DNA from: Candidatus Babeliales bacterium
GTDB taxonomy: Bacteria; Babelota; Babeliae; Babelales; JANWKD01
Reading direction: 5' to 3'
NCBI GenBank assembly: GCA_963722075.1
Contig: CAVRJM010000001.1
Coordinates: 96,001-160,000 of the forward strand
DNA length: 64,000 nucleotides
Shown in pieces: positions 1 through 9,872 of the stretch. Every line of letters starts with the position of its first letter. The first letter of the stretch is position 1. The notes beneath the pieces are model-generated. The model did not search any database. It worked only from the letters and a program-made list of their open reading frames with translations, and was not told the DNA's origin. The position numbers and the translations under genes were made by a program.

Positions 1-2
1 AT

Positions 3-713
3 ACTGTTTTTAAAGAATTTAAACAAACTACCAATTCTTTATCTGTTTTAAAAAAAATTACTGTTGAGTTTGAACAAGCTAAAACGTATGCAATTACTGG
101 GCCTTCAGGATCAGGAAAATCAACGCTCTTGCAATTAATTGCGGGCATTGAATTACCCACCAGTGGAACTATTTGTTTTAATAACGAAGACATTGCAGCG
201 CAATCAGCGCACGCAAAACAAGCATTTTATAATAAAACGCTGGGTATTGTTTTTCAGCTTCCCTATTTAATTAATGAATTAACGGTATTAGAAAATGTGA
301 TGCTTAAGCAGCTCATTAAACCAGATAATAAAAAAGCTAAAGAAGAAGCATATCTATTATTAGAGCAATTAGGGATTATTGATAAAGCAGCTTGGTACCC
401 CCAGCGGCTATCAGGGGGACAGCAGCAGCGGGTGGCATTGGCACGGGCCTTACTTAATAAGCCGGCTTTTCTATTAGCCGATGAGCCTACTGGTAATCTA
501 GATGAACATAATGCGCAAAGCCTTATTGAATTGCTTTTCAGTTATCAGCGGGAGTACCAAATGGGTCTTATTATAAGCTCGCATGATTATGCAGTTATTG
601 ATAAAATGGAGATGGTAATGACTCTCAATGATGGTTTTTTATTTCACCAAAATAAGGAATTAGGATATGGCAAAAGAATCAACGATTATCGTCAACCAAG
701 CAACAGCGCATAA
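3..713 (+). CDS. lolD: ABC transporter ATP-binding protein (LolD/FtsE-like), 5' end truncated by the window
   Basis: Frame is open from position 3. Walker A GPSGSGKST lies upstream of the ORF-track start; also LSGGQQQRVALARAL, LLADEPTGNLD and H-loop SSHD. Confidence 0.75.
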   Translation, partial: TVFKEFKQTTNSLSVLKKITVEFEQAKTYAITGPSGSGKSTLLQLIAGIELPTSGTICFNNEDIAAQSAHAKQAFYNKTLGIVFQLPYLINELTVLENVMLKQLIKPDNKKAKEEAYLLLEQLGIIDKAAWYPQRLSGGQQQRVALARALLNKPAFLLADEPTGNLDEHNAQSLIELLFSYQREYQMGLIISSHDYAVIDKMEMVMTLNDGFLFHQNKELGYGKRINDYRQPSNSA

Positions 714-2385
714 TGAATCGCTAACTAAAAAAAATCTTATTAGTAAAATGATTCAAGTGGGTTCTTCCACGCTTATGAGCCGTATACTGGGATTAGCACG
801 TGAACTTTTAATGTCACGATATTTGGGAGTGGGTGAAATCGCTGATGCATTTATTACCGCCTTTAAAATTCCTAATTCATTGCGTAAAATATTCGCTGAA
901 GGTGCATTAAGCGCTGCTTGTATTCCAACCTTTATTTCTGTTATGAAAAAAGAATCTCAAAAAGAAGCTCAAAAAGAAGCAAGCGCCTTAATGTCACTTT
1001 CATTTTTATTTTTTGAGGGAATATTGTTAACCCTTTGCTTATTGGTATTCTGGCAGACAGAATGGGTTATTCGCCTTATTGCGCCGGGGTGGTTTTTGGT
1101 GCCTGGTGCAAAAATATTTCATTCTACTATACCGATACTCGGTGCACTCTTTGAATGGATCGCGCCAGCCTGGTATGTAGAAGCTTCCCTTACTGCTCAA
1201 ATCATTCATGCTATCGACTTTTTACATATTTTGATTGCTTTTATTATTTTTCTTTCCTGTAGCGCCTTACTGGCTGGTGCCTTACAATCAGTAAATCATT
1301 TTTTTGTTCCTGCTATTGGGCCGGTGCTTTTAAATATTGCTTTTATTGGTGGATTACTAGCATGCCTTAAAGTAGGCTTATCCATACAAGGATTATGTTA
1401 TTGTATTCTATTAGGCGGTTTTTTACAGTTTGTATTGCATATTATAATGTATTTTAAATTGCGCTTTTCTTTTGCAATGCCAACCACCAGTACATGGGTG
1501 CATTTTAATGCCATCTTAAAAAAATTCTTACCATGCTTACTGAGTATGAGTATTTTAGAGTTGAATTTATTTATGAGTACTACGTTAGCAACGTATTTGC
1601 CTAAAGGTTCAATTTCGTTATTAAACTATACCAACCGATTCATGGGCATTCCACTTGGAGTATTAGTTGGTACTTTTTCTACAATTCTACTCCCTTATTT
1701 TTCACGGGTGAGCATCTATGCACCGCGTCGATTGGGGGTATATTTATTTGAAGCATCAAAAATGGTTTTCTGGGTTACCATTCCCTGTACGCTTATTATG
1801 AGTATTCTTGCGCAAAAAATTTTTCAGACTATTTTCTTATCAGATAAATTTTCACTCATGCATGTAGAGCAAGCAGGTCAATTATTAACTATTTTTTTAA
1901 GCGGATTATTCTTCTTTTCTTTATATAAAATTTTACTCAATATCTACTATGCACTCCATGATACCAAGACGCCGTGCTATATTTCCGTCGCTGTATTGGG
2001 AATCAATTACGCTTTATGCAAATTACTTACGCCATTCTTTGAGGTACATGGATTGGCGCTTGCATTTGTTCTTACCAATATAATTCATGTGAGTTTATTT
2101 ACCTTATTTCTATACAGAAATTTTAACTTATCGCTCTATATTAAACCGTTTTTAGAATTTGCAGCCCATGCTTCACTACAAATAATGATGGTAGTTGGGT
2201 TATTTATTATATTGTATCAGGGCGGACAATTTTTTATTTATCATGCAATGTCCGATTGGTATGCGCACTTTTTATTAAATAAGTTTGGTTTTTGGTTGTG
2301 GGTTGGGCCATTATGTGGACTTTCAATAGCATTGCTTATAAAAACAAGAAGATTATTTAATGTTGAGCTTTATTTTCTGGATTGA
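667..2385 (+). CDS. murJ: Lipid II flippase MurJ (MviN)
   Basis: SRILGLARE, ADAFITAFKIPNSLRKIFAEGALS, multiple TM segments. Confidence 0.95.
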   Translation: MAKESTIIVNQATAHNESLTKKNLISKMIQVGSSTLMSRILGLARELLMSRYLGVGEIADAFITAFKIPNSLRKIFAEGALSAACIPTFISVMKKESQKEAQKEASALMSLSFLFFEGILLTLCLLVFWQTEWVIRLIAPGWFLVPGAKIFHSTIPILGALFEWIAPAWYVEASLTAQIIHAIDFLHILIAFIIFLSCSALLAGALQSVNHFFVPAIGPVLLNIAFIGGLLACLKVGLSIQGLCYCILLGGFLQFVLHIIMYFKLRFSFAMPTTSTWVHFNAILKKFLPCLLSMSILELNLFMSTTLATYLPKGSISLLNYTNRFMGIPLGVLVGTFSTILLPYFSRVSIYAPRRLGVYLFEASKMVFWVTIPCTLIMSILAQKIFQTIFLSDKFSLMHVEQAGQLLTIFLSGLFFFSLYKILLNIYYALHDTKTPCYISVAVLGINYALCKLLTPFFEVHGLALAFVLTNIIHVSLFTLFLYRNFNLSLYIKPFLEFAAHASLQIMMVVGLFIILYQGGQFFIYHAMSDWYAHFLLNKFGFWLWVGPLCGLSIALLIKTRRLFNVELYFLD

Positions 2386-2391
2386 TAGCGT

Positions 2392-2829
2392 ATGAGAACA
2401 GAATATTCTGCCGGAGTGGTTATTTTCTATAAAGAGAAGCGTACTTTACTATTCTTATTGTTACAGTATGAGCGGCAAACAAAAGATTCTCCGTATTGGG
2501 ATTTGCCAAAAGGGCATATTGAAAAAGGCGAATCAAGGCAAGAAACAGCATTGCGAGAATTAAAAGAAGAAACGGGATTGGAAGGAACCATACTACCGGG
2601 TTTCCAAGAGGAATTTACTTATTATTTTAAAGATCCAAAAACAGATGAATTGGTACATAAAACGGTCTATTTTTTCATTGCCCAAGCGTTCAGCAAAAAT
2701 GTCCAGTTGTCATTTGAACATAGCGGGTATGAATGGCTTACGTATAGAAAAGCTGTAAATCAATTGACCTACAAGAATGCAAAAGAATTGCTTAAAAAAG
2801 TGTATGAATTTCTAAAAGAGCGGAAATAA
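2392..2829 (+). CDS. NUDIX hydrolase (Ap4A hydrolase-like)
   Basis: Nudix box GHIEKGESRQETALRELKEETG; WDLPKG; LSFEH. Confidence 0.9.
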   Translation: MRTEYSAGVVIFYKEKRTLLFLLLQYERQTKDSPYWDLPKGHIEKGESRQETALRELKEETGLEGTILPGFQEEFTYYFKDPKTDELVHKTVYFFIAQAFSKNVQLSFEHSGYEWLTYRKAVNQLTYKNAKELLKKVYEFLKERK

Positions 2830-2830
2830 T

Positions 2831-2907
<77 letters not shown>

Positions 2908-2937
2908 TCGAATTTCAAGAACTTATTGATAATCCCA

Positions 2938-2965
2938 ATAGTACAGCCTTTTTTCATATTGTCAA
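2938..2965 (-). promoter_or_regulatory. sigma70-type promoter of tRNA-fMet
   Basis: TTGACA-N16-TACTAT on the minus strand upstream of the tRNA. Confidence 0.6.
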
Positions 2966-2978
2966 ATTAAATTATAGT

Positions 2979-4082
2979 TTAAAAATCTAAATTGTGGGCT
3001 GATTGTTTTATATTTTCTCTTGTTAGTCCAATCATTTGTAGGATTATGGAGAAATCATTAAATGATGGTGATGGCATTGCCAGACGAGAAAAAGAGGTTC
3101 CGCATATGTTATCCCCTTCTAAGGATGGTATGCATTTTTGAATAAGAGGTAGTTCAGGCATCTTAAAACAGATATTTGGTGAGCAACAGCATGCTAAGAT
3201 ACCTACGGTGGTTGAGCAGAGAATGCAGGTGCAAAGAAGCGGTACTAAAATAGGCTTTGAAGCTATACATCCTAAAATCGTTGATAAGCAGCACATAGAA
3301 GAAGCACACGCTTGTTCAAGCGGTACACAATAACGACTTGTCGCGATACAATTGATGACAAGATTTGAACGATATTTCCGCTGCATAACATATCGATATA
3401 ATCTTTCCAACAGCTCTTGACGTAGTAAGCAATAATCAACTTTGCTAATATTCTCTTCAATGAGCGAAGGGGGAGTAAGTGTATTATCTTGGTAATCATC
3501 TAATATTTTTGCACATCCATATTCATTAATTAACCAGCAACGGAGGCATGCATGAAGCAATTGTAGATCATTAAAATAAGGAGATGGTTGTTTTAATTTT
3601 CTGCCAAATTGCAAAGCTCGTCGCAATAGTTTTTCTTTAGGTAAAGTTTGCTCTTTTATACCTTTAATTAAGCATTTTACGTGATACAATGCGAGCTTGT
3701 TGCTTGATTGGTTTACCGTTTCTTTTGTTAGGTATTTAAGATGTATAAAATAAGCCAATGCTGCATTATCAAGAAAAGGAACGATATAAGCGATGATTTC
3801 ACGCGGTAAATTTAGAAAGCGTTCCATTAATTCTTTTGTTTCTTTTGAAATAGGAGTACGGGGCTTAGGTTGGTTTGATGATTTTGCTAATAACGGCGTG
3901 TGCTCATTATAGTCATCATAATCCTCTTGATCGATATCTGATAATAAGGTAGCAATTCCTTCCTGAAAATCATGAGCGTAGTACGGCTTTGATGAAGAGG
4001 CTTCCATTTCCCACTCCATGCCCAGCAAAGAAAAAGATGATAACCAAAGTACGCAAAAAAGTATTGAATGAGTTATTTTCAT
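2979..4082 (-). CDS. Secreted F-box-like protein with a Cys-rich hydrophobic C-terminal region
   Basis: Signal peptide ending LLG|ME; FLNLPREIIAYIVPFLD fits the F-box LPxEI..I..L consensus. Confidence 0.65.
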   Translation of the reverse strand: MKITHSILFCVLWLSSFSLLGMEWEMEASSSKPYYAHDFQEGIATLLSDIDQEDYDDYNEHTPLLAKSSNQPKPRTPISKETKELMERFLNLPREIIAYIVPFLDNAALAYFIHLKYLTKETVNQSSNKLALYHVKCLIKGIKEQTLPKEKLLRRALQFGRKLKQPSPYFNDLQLLHACLRCWLINEYGCAKILDDYQDNTLTPPSLIEENISKVDYCLLRQELLERLYRYVMQRKYRSNLVINCIATSRYCVPLEQACASSMCCLSTILGCIASKPILVPLLCTCILCSTTVGILACCCSPNICFKMPELPLIQKCIPSLEGDNICGTSFSRLAMPSPSFNDFSIILQMIGLTRENIKQSAHNLDF

Positions 4083-4492
4083 TTTGAAGGTTCCTTATTT
4101 ATTCTTTCTAAAACAACCACGGCGGTGGCATATGATTTATTATGAGTCAAAGAAAGATGTGCGTGAATAGTTTCTTTATGTATCAAGAATTCAGATAGTT
4201 GATCCCATTGTATTTGAAGGTAGGGAGCATTGAGCTGATTATGGATAATTTCAACTTTTTTACAAATAGTTAAAAAAGGAGCTTTTTGCGTACTGCTTGT
4301 TGAAAAAGCCTTAAAAAAGGCTTCTTTGGCTGCAAATCGTACCGCAAAACGTTCTGCATTTTTAATTTTATTACTAAGGCAATATCCAATTTCCACTGCA
4401 GAAAACACCTTTAAAAGGGTTTTTTGTGGGTATTGATGCCAGAGATTAAACCGGGATATTTCTATAGAATCGATACCGAGCGCAATAATCAT
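4079..4492 (-). CDS. acpS: Holo-[acyl-carrier-protein] synthase
   Basis: GIDSIEISRF, RFAAKEAFFKA, LSLTH. Confidence 0.93.
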   Translation of the reverse strand: MIIALGIDSIEISRFNLWHQYPQKTLLKVFSAVEIGYCLSNKIKNAERFAVRFAAKEAFFKAFSTSSTQKAPFLTICKKVEIIHNQLNAPYLQIQWDQLSEFLIHKETIHAHLSLTHNKSYATAVVVLERINKEPSK

Positions 4493-4501
4493 AATTTCAG
4501 A

Positions 4502-4529
4502 TTGACATTAATTTTATATGTGATATTAT
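4502..4529 (+). promoter_or_regulatory. sigma70-type promoter
   Basis: TTGACA-N16-TATTAT upstream of 4579. Confidence 0.5.
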
Positions 4530-4578
4530 ATATACTAATTATTTATTTATCATATATTTTATCAATGGAATATTTTTT

Positions 4579-5298
4579 ATGAAGAAACTTCTTTTATTTT
4601 TATTTATTTGTTTATTAGAGTTTAGTTTACTTGCTATGGAAGTCCCTGAGGCTAGTGAAAAAATGGTGATTTCAAATAATGATATTAAAAAGCAACGGCT
4701 AATGAAATTGAAAATATATATCAATCAATATATTGTCGGTGAAAAGCGTAATTACTCAGTTAATGAAATTATGGAAGAAGCTGAAAGATTTTATACGGAA
4801 AACACTGGCGAGTTTTTAAATTTACCCACTAATAAAGCATTGTATAGTAAAGTAGCCAGCAGGATGGATAAAAAAAGAGATAAAATTGCTATCGATTTTA
4901 TTATGTATGCAAAGACCGTTGATTTGGAATCACCATATTACTCAAAAGACGAATTATTAAGCGAAATAGAGGGATATATTAAAAATGGTGGAACAATTTT
5001 AGATAGTGCATACAGCGAATTATATGAAAGCATTGTTGATACTATTTTAACAAAAAAAATAGTTGAAGCCGGGCAGGAATTATCTGGGCTACAAAAAGAA
5101 GTAAAAGAAATGAAAGCAAAAAATGGATTTATAAAATTAATGTATGGTTTTTCTGATAACGATCAATTAGAGAATATAAATGAAGATTTACTTGATTTTC
5201 CTCCAGTTCCATTGTTGGATTTGCCTTCAGTGCCTTTGAAGAAAAGTAAGAACGTTTCCAAAAGAATAATTGAGTCAAATAAATCTAAGAAAGAGTAA
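4579..5298 (+). CDS. Secreted helical protein, paralog family A
   Basis: Signal peptide LLA|ME; shares an ELYE..I..IL plus coiled-coil motif with the two downstream genes. Confidence 0.75.
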   Translation: MKKLLLFLFICLLEFSLLAMEVPEASEKMVISNNDIKKQRLMKLKIYINQYIVGEKRNYSVNEIMEEAERFYTENTGEFLNLPTNKALYSKVASRMDKKRDKIAIDFIMYAKTVDLESPYYSKDELLSEIEGYIKNGGTILDSAYSELYESIVDTILTKKIVEAGQELSGLQKEVKEMKAKNGFIKLMYGFSDNDQLENINEDLLDFPPVPLLDLPSVPLKKSKNVSKRIIESNKSKKE

Positions 5299-5328
5299 TC
5301 AAAGCAAATAATATATGGAGTATTTTTT

Positions 5329-5832
5329 ATGAGAAAATTATTTTTACTACTATTTATATGTTTATTGGATTTTAGTTTAACTGCTATGCAACCTACTAAA
5401 GAATTTGAAAATAATATGCCATCGGTGGCTTCAAGTTATTTTGTTAAATGTGGAGCAGTATTAAAAGAATTTGAGAATTATTTAAAAAAATACAAAAGAG
5501 GGGCTTGTTGTACCTTTGAGGATTCAGAATCAATAAGCTTGCAAGAAGAAATTTTAATAAGAGCAAGGAAATTGGCTGAGGAAGATCCAGAGGAGTTTTG
5601 CACAACTGAATTTTGCGTATTATATGAAATGATAATTAATGAAATCTTTGAGGATGAAGAAATAAAAAAAGCATTGGAAGAGGTTAAGAGATTGAAAAAG
5701 GAACATATTAGTATTCAAAATGACAATTCTCGATTGCGAGCACAATTAAGGCAATGCCAATCGGAGCCAAAGGAATTGGATGAATTAGATTTGAATGCAA
5801 CCCAAGATAATTTCTCCGATGAATCTTATTAA
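5329..5832 (+). CDS. Secreted helical protein, paralog family A (may extend to about 5972 via a frameshift)
   Basis: Signal peptide nearly identical to 4579 (LTA|MQ); VLYEMIINEIF..KKALEEVKRL. Confidence 0.72.
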   Translation: MRKLFLLLFICLLDFSLTAMQPTKEFENNMPSVASSYFVKCGAVLKEFENYLKKYKRGACCTFEDSESISLQEEILIRARKLAEEDPEEFCTTEFCVLYEMIINEIFEDEEIKKALEEVKRLKKEHISIQNDNSRLRAQLRQCQSEPKELDELDLNATQDNFSDESY

Positions 5833-6068
5833 ATGCCAAGCGGCAATACATAGGTTGGCAAAGTATATTTGTACACTCGATTCCTCCCATAAGGTATCGG
5901 GTAAAAGATGGACTAAGTTCCCTTATTGATGCAGTTGAACTCGCTCGTGAACAGCAACAAGACAATACTTGAAAAAAACAAAAAAACAAAAACGAAATTA
6001 AAGAAATCAAAAAGAGCTAAAAAAAATAAATAATCATTTTTTAGCTTTTGTTTAAATGGAGTATTGTA

Positions 6069-6878
6069 ATGAATAAATTTTTTTTATTCCTATCATTTTT
6101 GTATATAGGTACTGTCGGACATGTTCTTATCCCTATGGATTATAACGCTGTATCCATATATCAAAACGAGTCACCGATGGTTTTAGATGATCTATCTAAA
6201 GCAATATTAGGTGGATTAAGAAATTATATACGAGAACAAAAAAAAGAAGACGCTTATGTGGAAGCTGAAAAGTTACTGCAAGCAACAAAGCTGGTGAAGC
6301 AAAACCCATTTCAATTCTCTACCATTCTACCTTCTGAATTATATGAAATAGTAATTAATAATATTTTGAAAAAGGCACTTCATGAGGTACAAGAATTACA
6401 AAAAGAGTTTCAAAATATACAAAAAGAAATGAAAGATATAGCTGGGCAGGTTAATACACTAATTAATCAGCAGCAATTGGCTCAACCTGTTGAAGCGTTG
6501 CCGGTATATGAACCGTTTAAGCCATTTAATTTTGTTTCTTATTCTCTTGAAGATATGGGAGAGGAATCTCTTTTATCAGAAATTATATTGGGACCTGATA
6601 ATTACAATGATGGTGAGCATGAAAATCAAATTGATCTTGTTGTTGCAATGAGCCAGGTAGAAGGACAACAACCTGATAATGATCGTGCTTATAATCCTTT
6701 TCATGGAAAAAGTTCGGCTTTGGTAAGTGGCAGTAATCATAAAGGGCCTTTTTTAGCAGAAATGGAAAAAGGAAAGCATTTACGTAGGAAGTTAGTAAGC
6801 CCTTACCAAAAAAGAAAAAAATCAACCAAAAAAACGGGACGATTCGAAAAAACTAATTCAGAAGAAAATGATCACTAA
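6069..6878 (+). CDS. Secreted helical protein, paralog family A, with basic C-terminal tail
   Basis: GGAG RBS before ATG 6069; ELYEIVINNILKKALHEVQEL; tail RRKLVSPYQKRKKSTKK. Confidence 0.72.
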   Translation: MNKFFLFLSFLYIGTVGHVLIPMDYNAVSIYQNESPMVLDDLSKAILGGLRNYIREQKKEDAYVEAEKLLQATKLVKQNPFQFSTILPSELYEIVINNILKKALHEVQELQKEFQNIQKEMKDIAGQVNTLINQQQLAQPVEALPVYEPFKPFNFVSYSLEDMGEESLLSEIILGPDNYNDGEHENQIDLVVAMSQVEGQQPDNDRAYNPFHGKSSALVSGSNHKGPFLAEMEKGKHLRRKLVSPYQKRKKSTKKTGRFEKTNSEENDH

Positions 6879-6883
6879 TAATG

Positions 6884-7129
6884 TAGGCTCTGTTGAGTTT
6901 TAAAATGAAATATCCCAATCGATATATTAATCAGATTAAATGTAAGTTTTTTCTTCAGTAAATTAGTGTCAGATTAATCACTGGATCCTTACGTCTTCTT
7001 TGCTCCTTAGGATGACAATTGTGATCATTATGTCATTCTGAGACGAAGTCGTAAGAATCCAGCTATAAAAATAAAATCAAAATTTATAAGTGTTGAATAT
7101 TGCTTGCTATAAAAACTTAACAGAACCTA
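6884..7129. mobile_element. MITE-like element with terminal inverted repeats, carrying a palindromic repeat pair
   Basis: TAGGCTCTGTTGAGTTTT ... AAAACTTAACAGAACCTA; internal repeat pair at 6981-7062. Confidence 0.55.
6981..7062. repeat. CGTC-type palindromic repeat pair
   Basis: CTGGATCCTTACG..AGGATGACA and TGTCATTCTGAG..CGTAAGAATCCAG. Confidence 0.8.
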
Positions 7130-7159
7130 ATTATCTCACAGAAATAAAAAATTTTATTG

Positions 7160-8694
7160 TTATATCTTTTCAAGAGCCTGATCAAGTGAGCGATAACTAA
7201 TTGCTTCAAGAATATGAGGCAATTGGATGCATTCTTGTTCTTCTAAATCCGCAATGGTTCGCGCAACTTTAAGAATTTTATGATACCCGCGCATACTCAG
7301 ATGTAATCGATCAAAGGCTTTCTGTAATGCGGCTTGAGCGTCATTGCTCAGCACACAAAACTTATCAATCATATCGGAACTCATATTGCTATTAAAAAAT
7401 GCGGTACCAAAACGTTTTTCTTGTAATATGATTGCTTTTTGTACTGCTTGGTATAATTGTTCGGAGCTTTGATTCAATTGCGTATTATGAATATCAGTAT
7501 ATTCAATAGGCTGAATATTTATCTGTAAATCAATGCGATCTAATAAAGGGCCTGATAGTTTTTCTAAATAGCGTTTAATATGATGAGCATTACAACTACA
7601 GTTCTTTTTTTTATCACCAAAATAACCGCATGGGCAAGGATTTAATGCTGCTATTAATAAAAAGTTTGCCGGAAAATTAAGGGTATGATTAGCGCGGGAA
7701 ATAGAAACATTTTTATTTTCCAGTGGCTGGCGCAAGACTTCAAGGGTGGAGCGTCTAAATTCAGTTAATTCATCCAAAAAAAGAATGCCGTTATGAGTTA
7801 AGCTAATTTCACCTGGTTGTGGAAATGAACCACCGCCTACTAATCCTGCCTGAGAAATAGTATGGTGCGGATTTCTAAAGGGGCGTTCGGTGATTAATCG
7901 ATTGTTTAATAACTTACCGTTAACTGAATAGATCTTGCTTGTTTCAATAATCTCATCAAATGACATAGGCGGCATAATAGTTGGTAACCGTTTTGCGAGC
8001 ATCGTTTTTCCTGAACCTGGTGAACCAATAAAAAGGATATTATGTCTACCAGCTGCACAAATTTGCAGCGCACGTTTTGCTTGCTGCTGACCCTTAACTT
8101 GGTTAAAATCAACCATATCAATTGATCGTTTTTCCAGTGGCTTATTATGGAGGCCGCCCATAATTGGATTAATGGTAATTTCGTTATTTAAATAGCCTAT
8201 TAATTGAACAAGATCTTTAACGCCAATTACTTCTAATCCGCTCATTAATGAAGCTTCAAAAACATTTGATTCGGGTAAAATAATTCTTTTTTTTCTAAGC
8301 TACGAGCGTTGCAAGCGATTGCTAATGCTCCCTTAATAGGTCGTATTGACCCATCAAGCGATAATTCACCAATAAATAATGTTTCTTCTAAAAATTGCAT
8401 TGATATATGTACTAAACCACTTGCTTGTAAAATTCCCACGGTGATAGGTAAATCAAAGAGAGTTCCTTCTTTTTTTAAATCAGCAGGTGCTAAATTTACC
8501 GTAATTCTACGCTCAGGTAATCGTACACCACTATTTTTGAGGGCAGTATCAATTCGTTGACGACTTTCATTAATAGCCCGATCGGGTAGTCCAACGATAA
8601 AAAACTGCATCATACCAAAAGAAAGGTCTACTTCAATATGAACGTTATAAGCATCTACTCCCAAAGTGGTAGCTGAATAAATGGTAGCGTGCAT
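7160..8694 (-). pseudogene. comM: ComM/YifB Mg-chelatase-related AAA+ ATPase, split by a 1-nt frameshift in an A8 run (8287-8294)
   Basis: N-part IVGLPD..ESRQRI..NLAPADLKKEG; C-part GSPGSGKT, PFRNPHHT, LFLDEL, NPCPCG. Adding one A gives continuous LEKKRIILPESNVFEASLMSGLEVIG. Confidence 0.88.
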
Positions 8695-8870
8695 AAAAAT
8701 TACCTATTATGAAAAAAATAAAAATTTTACATTGCATAATTATAATGATTGTATAACATCTTTTATTTTTTGGGAAATTTTTAGTTACTCACTATTTGTA
8801 GGCATTTGGATATCTGCTGACTGTATGTATTTCAAATTCAAAGCTTCAATATAAAGAATTAAAAGAAGCA

Positions 8871-8932
8871 GTCGTTGCGATCCAGCCTTCGCCAGAAGGG
8901 CTTCGGTGGACATGGCTTGCGAAGCAATCCAG
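8871..8932 (+). repeat. CGTC-type repeat with a nested 34-nt palindromic insertion
   Basis: GTCGTTGCGA[TCCAGCCTTCGCCAGAAGGGCTTCGGTGGACATG]GCTTGCGAAGCAATCCAG. Confidence 0.7.
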
Positions 8933-9020
8933 ATTCAAAAAGTAAAATCTTCATCTTCAATACTATTTCGTTATTGATTAATTATGGTAAGACAAAAATT
9001 CTAATTATTTATTTGTATTT

Positions 9021-9323
9021 TTACTTTTTAGAAGGCTGCACGGCTAAGGAAAATCCTACTGCATTCAGTAAAGATATGATATTGGTTAGTTTTGGATTAC
9101 CTTTTTCTGAAAGAATACGATAAAGGTTTTCACGGCTTATATTTGTTTTTCTAGCAAGCTCTGTCATTTCTCCACCTTGTGCTTCACAAACATTTTTTAA
9201 TGCAAGTAAAAAAACACGTGGATCTTCATCGGTAAGTGCTATATTAAGATATGCAGTTGCAAGTTCAGGATCTTGTAAATCTTGCATAAGTTTTTCTTGA
9301 TAATCTCTAAATTTTCTTTTCAT
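9021..9323 (-). CDS. Addiction-module antidote (HigA-like HTH antitoxin)
   Basis: LQDPELATAYL..FLLALKNV..ELARKTNISRENLYRILSEKGNP. Confidence 0.9.
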   Translation of the reverse strand: MKRKFRDYQEKLMQDLQDPELATAYLNIALTDEDPRVFLLALKNVCEAQGGEMTELARKTNISRENLYRILSEKGNPKLTNIISLLNAVGFSLAVQPSKK

Positions 9324-9651
9324 TGTAATTCCTTATATCTAGCCAATATTGTTTTGCTTTTTTAATATCACGATTCTGGCTTTTCTTCTCCCCCCTGTTA
9401 ATAAAATAACAATAGTGGACCTCTGTTTGCCAAAATAAATTCGATATCCTGGACCGTAATCTAGGATAAGTTTCCCAAATTCCGTCACCGTCCTGAATCA
9501 TCTTAGAATTCCCAAAATTACCAAGTCTAACTCTATCCAATCTGTTTTTTACAACAGCCTGGGTAACTTTATCAAGGCCATCTTCCCAATCGGAATAAGG
9601 CTCTTTTCCTGTATCTGTAGAATAAATAATCTCATAATTTAAGTGTAACAT
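9307..9651 (-). pseudogene. RelE/HigB-like addiction-module toxin with several internal indels
   Basis: GKEPYSDW..RLDRVRLGNFG..GIWE is in frame; the conserved LILDYGPGYRIYFG..IVILLTGG segment sits in a shifted frame. Confidence 0.85.
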
Positions 9652-9872
9652 AAAGGTCACACAATTACAAGCTAACAATAAGAAATCCTTTACCGTATTT
9701 GGGGTAATGGAGAGCTTACGAACCTGCCAAGCAATTAAAAGATGCGCTTTTTTTAAATTATTTTAAACTGATATAGAACTGTACATAAATTCATTCAGCG
9801 CATAAAATAGGTTATTTAAATCGATATAACATTAAAAAAATCATAATAAATCAAATATAGGAATTTAATGAA

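Noticed and set aside
8875..9123. 82-aa plus-strand ORF
   Set aside because: It starts inside a repeat and overlaps the antitoxin antisense; no coding features.
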